From assembly GCA_012295275.1 (NCBI GenBank), contig CM022665.1:35774001-35838000 (forward strand): DNA of 64,000 bases, given 5' to 3'. The notes under the pieces were generated by a model. That model was not told the DNA's origin. It worked only from the letters and a program-made list of their open reading frames with translations, and ran no database searches. Positions 29,378 through 41,413 of this stretch are shown here, one piece after another. A program made the translations under genes and the position numbers. Every line of letters begins with the position of its first letter. Position 1 is the stretch's first letter. Origin of the DNA: Chrysomallon squamiferum. Its lineage: Eukaryota; Animalia; Mollusca.

Positions 29378-29852
29378 ATGTAGGAAAAACGGCACTGGAA
29401 AATACGGCACCCTGAAAAGAATAGCACTGTGCAGATTTGGAAACAGTGGCACGTTTTATCTGTGGTATGAGTATTTACATTAGGTACATCTGTATGAACG
29501 TGTCTGTATGTATGTACTTACTCATTTACTTATGTATATGAAAGCATATATGTATGTATGTATGTATATATATATATATATATATATATTTCTATGTGTG
29601 TGTATATATATGTGTGTATGTGTAATATTAAACTCTTGATATAATTCTGTATTTTGTTAAGCAAAACCAAGTGGCTGAGTGATGCTATATATAAATATAC
29701 ATGTATGAAACAATATTGCATGAATAAACTGTATTTTCAAAAGTACTTTTACATTTTTTAATCAAAGCAACTGTATAGAAAAAATAAATAAGGGCCATTT
29801 GTTCCAAATCTGCACAATGCCATTTCGTCCAGGTGCCATTTTTTTTCCGTAC
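29377..29852. mobile_element. Non-autonomous DNA transposon (MITE/foldback-like) with internally repetitive terminal inverted repeats
   Basis: The left end GGAAAAACGGCACTGGAAAATACGGCAC...GCACTGTGCAGATTTGGAAACAGTGGC mirrors the right end GCCATTTGTTCCAAATCTGCACAATGCCATTTCGTCCAGGTGCCATTTTTTTTCCGTAC. Confidence 0.65.
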
Positions 29853-29990
29853 CCCCCCACAAGAACAAAACATAATTGTACATACGTACATACATACATA
29901 GATACAAATAATTAAACAAACAGACAGATATATAATTAATTTCGCATTTTATTTATTTATTCATTCATTTATTTGTGTATTCAATTTCAG

Positions 29991-30079
29991 GTTTGGGTGT
30001 GAAAACGCACTCGTCCTGGATTCTGGTGAATTTTTTGTTGCTGACTTTGGCTTTTATCAATAGGGTCATGAACTTGTGA
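29991..30079 (+). CDS. Exon 4 (terminal) of the six-Cys protein: GPI-signal-like hydrophobic tail
   Basis: Acceptor tattcaatttcAG; reads (G)LGVKTHSSWILVNFLLLTLAFINRVMNL-TGA. All four exon phases are compatible (31+118+104+89 = 342 nt). Confidence 0.85.
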
Positions 30080-31413
30080 CCTTTGCAGAACACGTGCGGC
30101 GCAGACATCATTAGAGGGCGAGAGGACTTGACATGAGTGACCACTGTTCAATTTTATTTTACATTTTTACTTGTGAATGAAATTATTTATGTAAAATTTA
30201 AGTATGTGTATGTTAAACATTTAATTATTAATTTTCAATTTTTTTATAATTTTTTTTTTTTTAAGAGTATATCGAACTTTTAATTATTTATTTATTTATT
30301 GTATTTTATTGTCAGTTGTTGGAGTGTCGGTCACATTTAACATCATTAATTAAAGAGCAAGAAATCATATATATATATATATATTGCTCAGATGGAATTC
30401 AGATGTAATAATGTCAGTGTTTATTTTATTATTATTTTTTTCTTTTTATCTTTGTTGTTTTCAGATTTAATCATCATCATCATTATTATTATTGTGAATT
30501 AACTTTTGTAATATTTTCTTAAAGAGTTTATTTTATTTATTTATTTTATGATACAACTTATTTTTATTTCATATAATAATTTGTTTATTTCTTAGTTTAT
30601 TTAATTAATTATTTATTTATTTATTTTATTTTGTTTTTATTTTTTAAAATCCTTCTTATGTTTTAGTTTCTATTTCAACATCTTTCTCTTAACGTTTTTT
30701 TTTTTTTTTTTTTTTTTGACCGCTGAATATAGCATAGCGCGCCAGCTTTATTGAGAACATGGTTCCGTATCGGTCCTGTCAGTAGTGTTTGATATTTGTA
30801 TGAAGATTTATTTTTACGACTGGTGTTGAAAGATAACGATATTTTAACCATAGATTATCCTTTAAATAATTTTTTTTTTTTTTTTTTTTTCTCAAGCGGT
30901 ATGTAAATGTTTATAATTTGAAATTATAAATTTTACTGTTCACCATTCTTGTCGTCGATATTTTTTCACCAGTGCTTGCCGCCCTATCCACTATGGGGGG
31001 TTATAGTGCAACTGAGAAACCCTCCCACCATAATCCGCCCCTGAGATGATATTTAAAACAATTATTATCTATATATATATATCAATTTTTTAAATATATA
31101 TTAGCTTGTATTTGGGCATTAAAATAAACATTCATCCAAATATAAATATACATACACATAAATACATATATGTACAAACTACATAACACATAATACATTA
31201 AAAATTTCCATATTTTATATTAAATAGTCATATTTTAATTGAAATAATAAAATTATAAAATACACATTAATTTGCAAATAATGCGTATAAAAACTGACAA
31301 TTACTTGCAGATTAATTATCATTAATTATCAAGTCAGTTTTACATAAATTCCTATTACTTGCACAGACATTAATTATTATTCTTTGTGTCTTTTTTTCTT
31401 GTGTGTGCGTGTG

Positions 31414-31552
31414 TGTTTTACACACATTTTCCACTTAGTACAGACACTGAACAATGTTCTTACTTCAGAGTTGTGTAAATACGGATGATAAGAAAGACAC
31501 TTAGTAAACTAGTTTCGGAATGACATTGTAATCGGAAAGAAAACTCCGATGT
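31414..31552 (-). repeat. 139-bp inverted repeat, right copy (partner 29195-29333)
   Basis: Manual alignment, 138/139 identical. Confidence 0.9.
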
Positions 31553-33005
31553 TTCTGGTTTTGAATTAGTGTTCATTGCACACATAACACTGTATTCAAA
31601 AGAATATGATTTAAGAGTGATAAAAAGTCAGTTACGTTTTAGTAAAATCAAGAATTATTTATTGTTTATATAATGTTTTATTTTATATCAGTTTATAGTT
31701 TAGAAAAAAAAAAAGAAAAAAAAAAAGAAGTAATATTTATAATTGTTTTTTCTTAATTATTCAAATCAAAGTCAAGAACAGGTATTATACAGAAAATGTA
31801 TGCTAAAAGAATGTTTGATTTCGTTAGTTTTAAAAATCAATAAAGACTGGTATAAAAGAAAATTATTGCAAATTATTATTTATCAAGTTGACTAATTTAT
31901 TGGATATACGTTACAATTAAAAGAAATACAAAAAATATTGATAGAAACTGTTTCGAATAAATAGCAGTTACAGGAAATGTTTACAAATGAAAATAAAAAG
32001 AATTCATGGAAAAAAAAATGACAGAAAGAAAATTAATGTAAATTGTTATGAATAATTACTGGAAGCTTGTAAATAAGTAAAAAAAAAACAAAAAAATAAA
32101 TGGAAAGTATTACGAAAAAAAAAAAAAACAATATAAAAAACAAAAAAAAAAAAATGAAAATGTCTTCACTGAATGAGTATTGTTTAATTAATTTAATTAT
32201 TATGTTAAAGTATGAAACATACTTCTTTTTTCACATTAAGTTTATTTATTTGTTTTACAAGTATTAATAAATTTGATTAGAGTCTCTTTAATTTCTCCTT
32301 TTGATTGCTTAAGATGTTTACGTCAGTAATTTTGTATTTCGAAGTTCTTGCAAATAAATGTTACTGGTAAACGTATTTTGTCATGATTTGAAACAGAATG
32401 TTCCATATACAGCAATGATCACACTATGCAATGAATAACAACAAACCATACGTGACTGATCATTAAACAGTAGTTTGAACATACAGTTATGCTATGCTGA
32501 TATTAAACATAAAAACAACACGATCACGGACTTTTCCCTTTCTCATATTACTGCAGTCGTCGGTATCCGTTTACGTTTAGTGTGAAAGCAACCTAAATCG
32601 TAAAGACTTTACTCTTACATCAGTAATATTGAGAACGTTATGTTTCTTACGACAAACTGCATTCTTTCCACGAACTAATAATTATACCCAAAGGCTAACA
32701 ACGTAAGGCAAGAGTTTTGTCCCTTCGTTTTGTTTTGTTTTTTCGGTCGCAATGATAGACTGGTTTCAGTTTTTATATCAGACCATTTATCCGGCTTCCA
32801 GAAGAGCGGCTGATGACGTGTATTAATACGTATCCATTATAAACAGCTTCGTTCTTTAAGTTTCTGCATTTATTTTATATTTTAAATATATATTTATTAA
32901 GGCTTGATCCAGAAAACTGAAAATTCCAGCAATCCGGGTCACCTTGGATCCAAAGCTTGCCGCCTCAGTGGTCTGATATCTGTATTGTCATTTCTCTTCT
33001 TTCTT

Positions 33006-33036
<31 letters not shown>

Positions 33037-36000
33037 ACGTTTGATTATTGGAACTTCCCATAAACTTAAATACAGGTTTACACTGATGTATAATTTAAAA
33101 TTTAAAAAAATCATTAGATTGCGTTAATGAAAGCAATATGTACAATTTACCAATAACAGAGGCTTTATAAATCGAAAATGATATCTTCTTGTGCAATAAA
33201 AAAAATATTAAAATAAAAGGCTATTTTTTTTTTTTTTTTTTTTTCAGGTATTCTTAATCATATTCTTAGTTCAAATCTACGATGAAGCAGAAATGTTTTT
33301 GAAAAACGGAGCTCTAGGTTGTTTCCACAAGCATAATTAAAAAGCATTTCTAAAAATCTTCAAAATTCCACCATTTATTTTAATAGACTTTGAATGAAAG
33401 AAAAAGGCACACTAGTCACTGAATATGAATTATTAGTGGACAGTTATCAAAACGAAATTGACCGAAAAAAAAAGAAAAGAAAAAAAAAGGCAATCTTTAG
33501 TGTCTCTGGGAATAATAATAATAATATATGAGAAATAATTTAACACTGAGTTTAGGTTTGGCTATTTTAAGCAATGAAGTAATCCAGAGCGATCAAGAGA
33601 ACTACAGAGGACAAATCCATTTCCTTCTTGACAGGTGAAATAAAATCTAGCTCAGTAAGACGAGGTAGCGGAAGAACGCATCTGTTAACAATACCACTGA
33701 CTTATTCGTTTTACGCACACTTAAGACATTTTTTAGTAAACAAAATTTAAACTATTCAAATTTTCAATCATATTCTTAAAAATACAGTTTGTTATTATGT
33801 TATTTTGAAACTAATTACAATGATTAAAAATTCCATACAAAAAAAAAAAATATATATATATATATATACACAGTTACTTTTTTCATATTATCGATCTGCA
33901 AGCTACTTTGTTTATTTAAAATTATCTTCCACATAATCAAGTATTGATGGACCCAGCCGATATATGAGAAAATGAATTCTGTCGACAGACTTCCTAAAGA
34001 GAAACAATTAACTTACGTATGAACACACACGGTTTGTATACAAAGAATCAGACGATTGTGTAAATGCCTGCAGAAATAAGAGAAAAAGAAAATAAAGGTT
34101 TTATCAGACGAATAGAAACGTAAAGACTGCGAACAATAAATGCACCTGGTACGTACAGGTATACAAACACACAGACGTATGCGTATAGATGTATGTGTGT
34201 ATATACATATTTATATATACACACACACACATATACAAACATACATACACATACACACACATCCATATCGAACAAAAACGATTGTACCAGTTTAAATAAA
34301 AATAAAAATATGTGCTTTCTAGTTCAGTGAACTTAAAAATTAATTAAAAGCCTGATAATTATTGTGGCCTTAATAACATAAAGAGTGAAAACCTAATATC
34401 CCCCCCCCAACCGGAAAAAAAAGAAGAAAAGAAAAGAAAGAAAAAAGAAAAACAAAACCCAACCATGGACCCAAAATATTCCAAGAAATTCTTTAATCGT
34501 TAATTTTATGATAATATGTTGACAGTATGTTTGTCTCTTACACTGAACATTTTAATACAGATAAAAACCTCTAGATAATTAAGATTTCTTTGATTTATCT
34601 GTGAGTCCTTCGTGATTGATGTTTCATCTACGTAGTAAAATTAATAATTTTCATCTTTAATCTTTACAAACAACATGGATAACAACCCGCAGCAAGTCAG
34701 TTTAGGTTTCTAAACTATTTGTATTTCTTTCATTCTTTCTTTTTTTATTTATTTATGTTACTGTTATTGTTATTATTATTATTATTATTTTTATTGTTGT
34801 TATTATTAGTTGTTGTTATTCTAATTATTATTATTTTTCTTATTGTTAAAAAATTACTGTTACTGTTATTATCGTTACTGAGCGAGACAATCAACTAAGC
34901 ACAAATGATAATAATAATAATAATAATAAAGACTGATTTAGAAAATAACATTAAAATAAAGAGCTTATTTTTTCTTTTAGAATTAATCTTAAACGGCGAA
35001 AAATGGTTTGTTAACTTGCTCAAGTCAATAACGAATGCAAAATGCTTTTAAATACTTTCTGTCTCAAACAGAAACTTTTCTAAATACTGTAAGTTATAGC
35101 TATATTTTTTGAAGCCTTTTGAAGACCGATGTTTGATTGAATTGTTTTTTGTTCCTGTATTGTTCTGAGGCTGCCATTTATTTTGAAATGAATCATTGTT
35201 TAGTGAGAACTCTTTCATTCTCAAGTATCACATATACACGTGACCTCCGCAATCCTTTCATGTAAAAAATTCATTATGTTAAAAACAGCTCAAAAGAAAC
35301 TTCATGTTCCCCCAACAATCATTAAATAGCTAAATAAATAAATAAATAAAAAGAATAATAAAATAATATAATAAGAAGAAAATATATAAAATAAAATAAG
35401 CTAAAAGTAGGAGTCGTTTAACAAACAAAAACAGCAATAAAAAGCGATAAAAAATAGAAACACACATACAAAAAACATACATATAATAAATAAATAAACA
35501 AAGAAAGAAAGAAAGAAGAAAAAAATGTATAAAAGAAAATATGCTAATAGTTCAACAGCCAAAAACAACAATAAATAAAAACAATAAAAACCAAAACATA
35601 TATTAAAAAAATCCAATAAAAAAAAAAAAAAAAAAAAAAAAATATATTTAAAAACCAACAGCAATCCAAAAACAAAGACAAAAAATAAAACCAACGAAAC
35701 GAAACCAACCACCAACGAAACAAGAAATAAACAAAGGAAAAAACAAACGTAGCTCTGGTAACGAAACAACATTAATAATGAGTTATCGATGGTAACAATA
35801 TAGCAAAAAAAAAAAAAAAAAAAACTTTACTTAACTATATTCTACGTGCATCATAGTGGTCGGTGTTTCTTTGTAAATCTCAGCTCTAACGTGAACTTCT
35901 CTTTGTTTTTGTTTTTTTTACGTAATCTGCTGAGAATTTGAATAAAGATCTTTTCATTAACCTGAAATAATTACATGTTTAATGTTCAAGAAACACTCAT

Positions 36001-36198
36001 CGGTCATTATTTGTATTCAGTTCTTTAGGAAACGTTGTGAAATGGGATCGATAATATAAAAAAGCTATGGGTGTCAGATAGATATAAATAATATATGAGT
36101 TCATTTGCAAAACACAGCAAATTTTCTGTGAAAAAATCGGAGAACAGATCCTTTCAGTTTCTCGATTAGCCGTCAAAGAGGTTGAAACTACTGTAACT

Positions 36199-37044
36199 AT
36201 GAGAACGTACATCACTTTATTCGTTGTGATATTGCTGGTCGTTCAGGATCAAGGCAATATTCTGGAATATTTAAAAAAAAGGCAAAGAGGAGAAATAATA
36301 GACGCTGACCCGATAATGAAACGTTCTACAAAGAATGTCTACCAGTGTAATCAGTTATGTCGACAGACGACGTCGTGTGCTTCTTTCAGTTACGACGTGT
36401 CCACCAGAGTTTGTACATTAATGTCGACATCTGTTGAAGGAAAAACATTCAGACAACTCGCTAGGATTGTTAACATAAATGTACTTCACACCGAGAACAT
36501 TGGTTTCAGATTAAAATGCGATGGGCAGTTATGTCCAAACCAGTGTGTCTGCTTAAATGTTGGCAGATCGCATTTGTGCATTCAGCAAAACGACATGGAA
36601 CTGCATTCGTATAAATACAACTGTGAAATGCATGATGGTTACACGTGGAATGCTGACTGTGAAATGTGTTACAGATTCAATACAACGTTGGTGCATTTCG
36701 ATGCAGCTATGGAGACGTGTGAAAAAGACGGTGCACATTTGATAAAAATTGACAGCTTGAAGAAACAAAACTCTATTATCAGCATCATTCAGTCGAAACC
36801 AGAAACTGAGATGGTAGAGCGTTTCTGGATTGGAGCTTCTGATTCTGCTGAAGAAGGTGTGTGGCGCTGGACAGACGGATCTCTGGTAGACTTCTCTTAC
36901 TGGTATCGAGGGAACGCCACAAGCAATAAGTCTGATTCCGATTATGCAGTTATGCGCAAAACACATTCTTACAAATGGAATGATCGCAGGAAAACCAAAC
37001 ATTATGCAGTGATTTGTGAAATAACTTTTGGTAAAAAAACATAA
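36199..37044 (+). CDS. Secreted PAN/apple + EGF-like + C-type lectin domain protein (281 aa, single coding exon)
   Basis: Signal peptide MRTYITLFVVILLVV. PAN Cys pattern CNQLCRQTTSCASFSYDVSTRVC and small Cys module CDGQLCPNQCVC..HLC. CTLD motifs CYRF, AMETCEKDGAHLIKIDS, FWIGASD..EGVWRWTDGS, WND, ICE. AATAAA at ~37130. Confidence 0.92.
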   Translation: MRTYITLFVVILLVVQDQGNILEYLKKRQRGEIIDADPIMKRSTKNVYQCNQLCRQTTSCASFSYDVSTRVCTLMSTSVEGKTFRQLARIVNINVLHTENIGFRLKCDGQLCPNQCVCLNVGRSHLCIQQNDMELHSYKYNCEMHDGYTWNADCEMCYRFNTTLVHFDAAMETCEKDGAHLIKIDSLKKQNSIISIIQSKPETEMVERFWIGASDSAEEGVWRWTDGSLVDFSYWYRGNATSNKSDSDYAVMRKTHSYKWNDRRKTKHYAVICEITFGKKT

Positions 37045-37243
37045 ATGTGAGGATAAACAGGGGGAAAAACCAAAAAAAGACGTACTTGAACAAGAAAAGT
37101 TAATCACAAAACGTTGAGTACGATTTTTTAATAAACATTTAGATTTTTGAGTAATAATTAATATTTAATACTACTGTGCCATTTAAAACAGCAAAAGGAA
37201 AAAACAATCATTCCTGATGAATATATAAAAAATCGTTTGTATG

Positions 37244-38990
37244 TAATGGAGTTCTAGACAATGAATACTACTACGTTTTTAATTATTTTGTTTCCACCAC
37301 CCCAGACTCATTTTATTATTAAACTGCTGCTGTATGCTAAATACACATAGCTGATTTAGAATCACTAAGTAATATTTATATATACTATAGACTGTCTTCA
37401 TTATCATAGCAATGACATTATAGCATTATGTCGTATCTATGTATTTAAAAATGATTTTACTTTCAGCTTCTAGATAGATTTCGTTAATTATGAACTAATA
37501 TATATTTTTCTTTATTATTTTTAAGCGAATATTAACATGTGAAAGAGTACATACCAACATATGTATTTGTACAGAACAAAAACCAAACCAGAATCAGAAA
37601 TGTTTTGATTTTTTAATACAAATATTCAAGAGACAAAGTTGAAGACTGAAATAAATTATTTCTGCAAGTAATATTTATTAATTAACAAAAACTTTCAGAT
37701 AATGTGAAAAGAAATCAGTCGCTGCATTGCAATGAAAGTTCACTTTCGTATAATATCAAGGGATACACTCCGTACTTCCCACACACAGGTAAGTACTAAC
37801 CACAGCCTTTGATAAACCAGTCACTGGATGAGAAATATATCCACTGAGAACTTCAAGCCTCGGTCAAAAATTCTAAACCTGAGCAAGAGCTTGCTCGCAA
37901 GAAAGTGTGTGGCATGTGTTATCCTGTTTTTATAGTAATTGTATTACGTTATATATAGTCGACAGTGCGTGCTAAGGTACCGTTAACAAATACGTCTTTG
38001 TTTTCTGTATCGTTTCACAGACTTTAATTTAACAACCGTGTCTGTCATTGTTTATATATTTTTTTATTAATTGTCTTCAGTTTCTGTTTAATCAGCATCA
38101 ACACGCAAGCAAACAAGCAGTGGAACTACGCCAGTATCTCAGTAAACAATACAAATAACAGTTATTACAAGGCACAGCACTGTTAATACGTAGTCAATAT
38201 CAATGATTAAAGAAACAGTTTTCATTTATATCTACATAAATAAATACACAATTGTTACATTCGCTGTCGGTTGTATTAAATAGCTATCAATATAGTCATA
38301 GGAACTGGAGTTGCCATATTGGCGAAAAGAAAACATTAATTTATATTTTTTCTTTCGTTTTTATTAAACATAATCGATGTAATTGTATACAGTTTTTCAC
38401 TAATAAATGTGATGCATGATACTGTTAGAAAACACTGAGCTGCACTGAGTAACAATGTGATACACAAATAAAACTGTCAGTTAAGCGGATCTCAGATTTA
38501 ACTGACAAAATTTTGATTGATTAATTCCTTTACTTCAGTCGCAAACCTTTAAACTATTCTGGACCAGTTCCATACCGTCAGTAATTCACGCAATAATCGA
38601 TAGGTCGAAATAGGTATACGTTACGTAGGTGTTTAAATTACACCCACGCATTCATCTTTATATTAGCATTTTATTTAGTCTTGGTCACCACTATCGATCA
38701 GGTCTAAATACTTTTCACGAACTCATAGTGTTTTGTTTTAATATTTAAAATTAAAAATATTTAATAGCACAGTATTAAAAATGTCTACAATAATGATGTT
38801 TTAATAATAAGTTATTATCTTTTAAAATCATTTGCAGTTTAACGATGTTATTCCGTTAAGTCAAAGATCTGTTGTATTTGTTTGTTTTCTTAGTCGACCA
38901 AGGACAACTGTCATAAAGGAAGGAATATTTTATTTAACTCAACACTTTTGTAACTGACTGTTTCTCATCTGTTTATCATCATATGACGTT

Positions 38991-39049
<59 letters not shown>

Positions 39050-39279
39050 CAACAACAAACATAATAATAAGAAAAACAATAATAATAATAATAATAATAA
39101 ATAAATTATACCAAAAATAAAATAAGCAAGTAAATAAATAAATAAATAAATAAAATAGAGAGAAAGACAACGGAATCAAACAAATAAATTTAAAGCAATA
39201 GTTCCTCACAGATCCACAGCAGATTTAAAAATGCAAAATAAATCTCTCTGTCTCTCTCAATTTCTCTCACACATACACA

Positions 39280-39361
<82 letters not shown>

Positions 39362-39570
39362 AAACACAAACAAAATAAAAACTTGAAATAAACAACAAAA
39401 AACAAACAATTTATTATTAGGTAACAATGGATACACAGGATAGAAAAAAGCAACAAAAACAACAAGCCAACAACGCAAAAACAGTCCAGGTAAGTCTTTG
39501 AGTACGTTTATTTTCACAGAATTATTATTATTATTATTATTTTTTTAACAAATAACGATTTGTTGTACAT

Positions 39571-39603
<33 letters not shown>

Positions 39604-39710
39604 ACTTTACACTCAACATATATAGAGCAATCTTTCAATACAGCGGGTGTGAAAGTAATTGTCTTACTTTTCATCGAATACAATACTTGCCTGCAATGAA
39701 AGACGACTTT
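37244..39710 (+). repeat. Tandem segmental duplication, copy A (non-coding)
   Basis: Colinear with 39830-44470, e.g. TAATGGAGTTCTAGACAA at 37244/39830 and AAGTCTTTGAGTACGTTTATTTTCACAGAA at ~39492/44276. Confidence 0.85.
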
Positions 39711-41413
39711 CTAAATATATGTGCATGTATGTGTCTGTATATTCATTTTTGTGTAATGCATACTATGTATTTATGTAAGGAGATAAAACTAATATTTTTT
39801 CCAACTGCATATTTTTTCTTTTGCGTTGGTAATGGAGTTCTAGACAAAGAGAACTGCTATTTTTTTCACTATTTTGTTTCCACCACCATTGACACATTTT
39901 ATTATTAAACTGCTGCTGCTACTAAATACACATAACTGATTTAGAATCACTAAATAATCTTTATTCTGCCTACATATACTATAGACTGTTTTGATTACGG
40001 TTCATAGTCACTGATCATAATAATGACATTAAACAACATTTGGGATTATGTCGTATCGATCATTTTAATAAATAAATAAATACATTTTATTGTCAGCTTC
40101 CACAGAATAATATTTATTTTGATATCAGCGCACAGATGGATTTCGTTAATTATGAACTTATGTTTTTCTATATTATTTTTAAGTAAAGATTAACAAGTGA
40201 AAGAGTGCATTACCAATATAAATATTTGTACAAAACAAAAAACCAAGCCAGAATCTGAAATATTCTAATTCAAGATGGATAATGAAATCAAATATTTCTG
40301 CAAATAATATTTGTTAATTAACAAAAACTGTGAAAAGAAATCAGTCGCTGTTTGTTTATTCTTGTAAAGATAACAGAATTTATTGTAAACTATTTCTATA
40401 TTTGAATCAGTTATATTCTGAAATTATTTAAAACTAATTGCAGTCTTGCGAAATAAATTTGTTTTCAGAAATTTTACTGAAAGCTTTCATTCGGTTGCTG
40501 CGTTATAGCTATGCATTTTTAATGTTACTCTTGAAACGGTCGCATTAATAATGCAAATCTCCTGCGATAATTTCAGAGCGTATTCAGCATATCCAGTGAG
40601 AACTTCACAGTTGACTGATATTACGACATGTCAGGCCTCAACCCAAAGTTCTACCGTTGATTGGATGGTATCCATGGAATATATTATGATTTTCTGCGGA
40701 AAAATTCCGTTTAAGATCTTCTTTTTTTTTTCAAGATTCTTGTTGAAAAATCGCATAAAGGTCTGTGGCATATGTTATCCTGTTTTCATAATAATTGTAT
40801 TACGTTATATATTATTCAGGAACTGTCGACAGTGCGTGCTAAGGTACCGTTAACAAATACGTCTTTGTTTTCTGTATCGTTTCACAGACTTTAATTTAAC
40901 AACCGTGTCTGTCATTGTTTATATATTTTTTTATTAACTGTCTTCAGTTTCTGTTTAATCAGCACTAACACGCAAGCAAACAAGCAGTGGAACTACGCCA
41001 GTATCTCAGTAAACAATACAAATAACAGTTATTACAAGGCACAGAACTGTTAATACCTACGGTCAAAACCTACGTGATTAACAAAACAGTTTTTATTTAC
41101 ATCTACATAAATAAACAGACAATTGTTATATTCGGATGTACTGAAAGCTATCGATATAATCACAACAACTGGAGTTGCCATATTGGCAAAGAAAACAATA
41201 ATTTATATTTTTCTTTCGTTTTCATTAAACATAATCGATGTCACTAAATACAGTTTAATCGTTTTTCACTAATAAACGTGATGTACAGTACTATGGGAAA
41301 ACGTCGAGGTGTAGAATAAGTTGCATTGAACAATATTATCATAACGGATCTCACATTTATCGGACAAAATATTTGTGGATTATTTCATTTAGATCATATG
41401 CAAGACTTTAAAT

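Noticed and set aside
27412-31045. GGGGCGGATCCAG-type ends (27415; reverse near 31030-31043; also ~19970, ~24714) as one Harbinger-like element
   Set aside because: Ends are short and degenerate, no TSD could be paired; probably independent MITE relics.
36553-37107. 184-aa antisense ORF and other short ORFs overlapping the lectin genes
   Set aside because: Shadows of the lectin CDS with no independent features.
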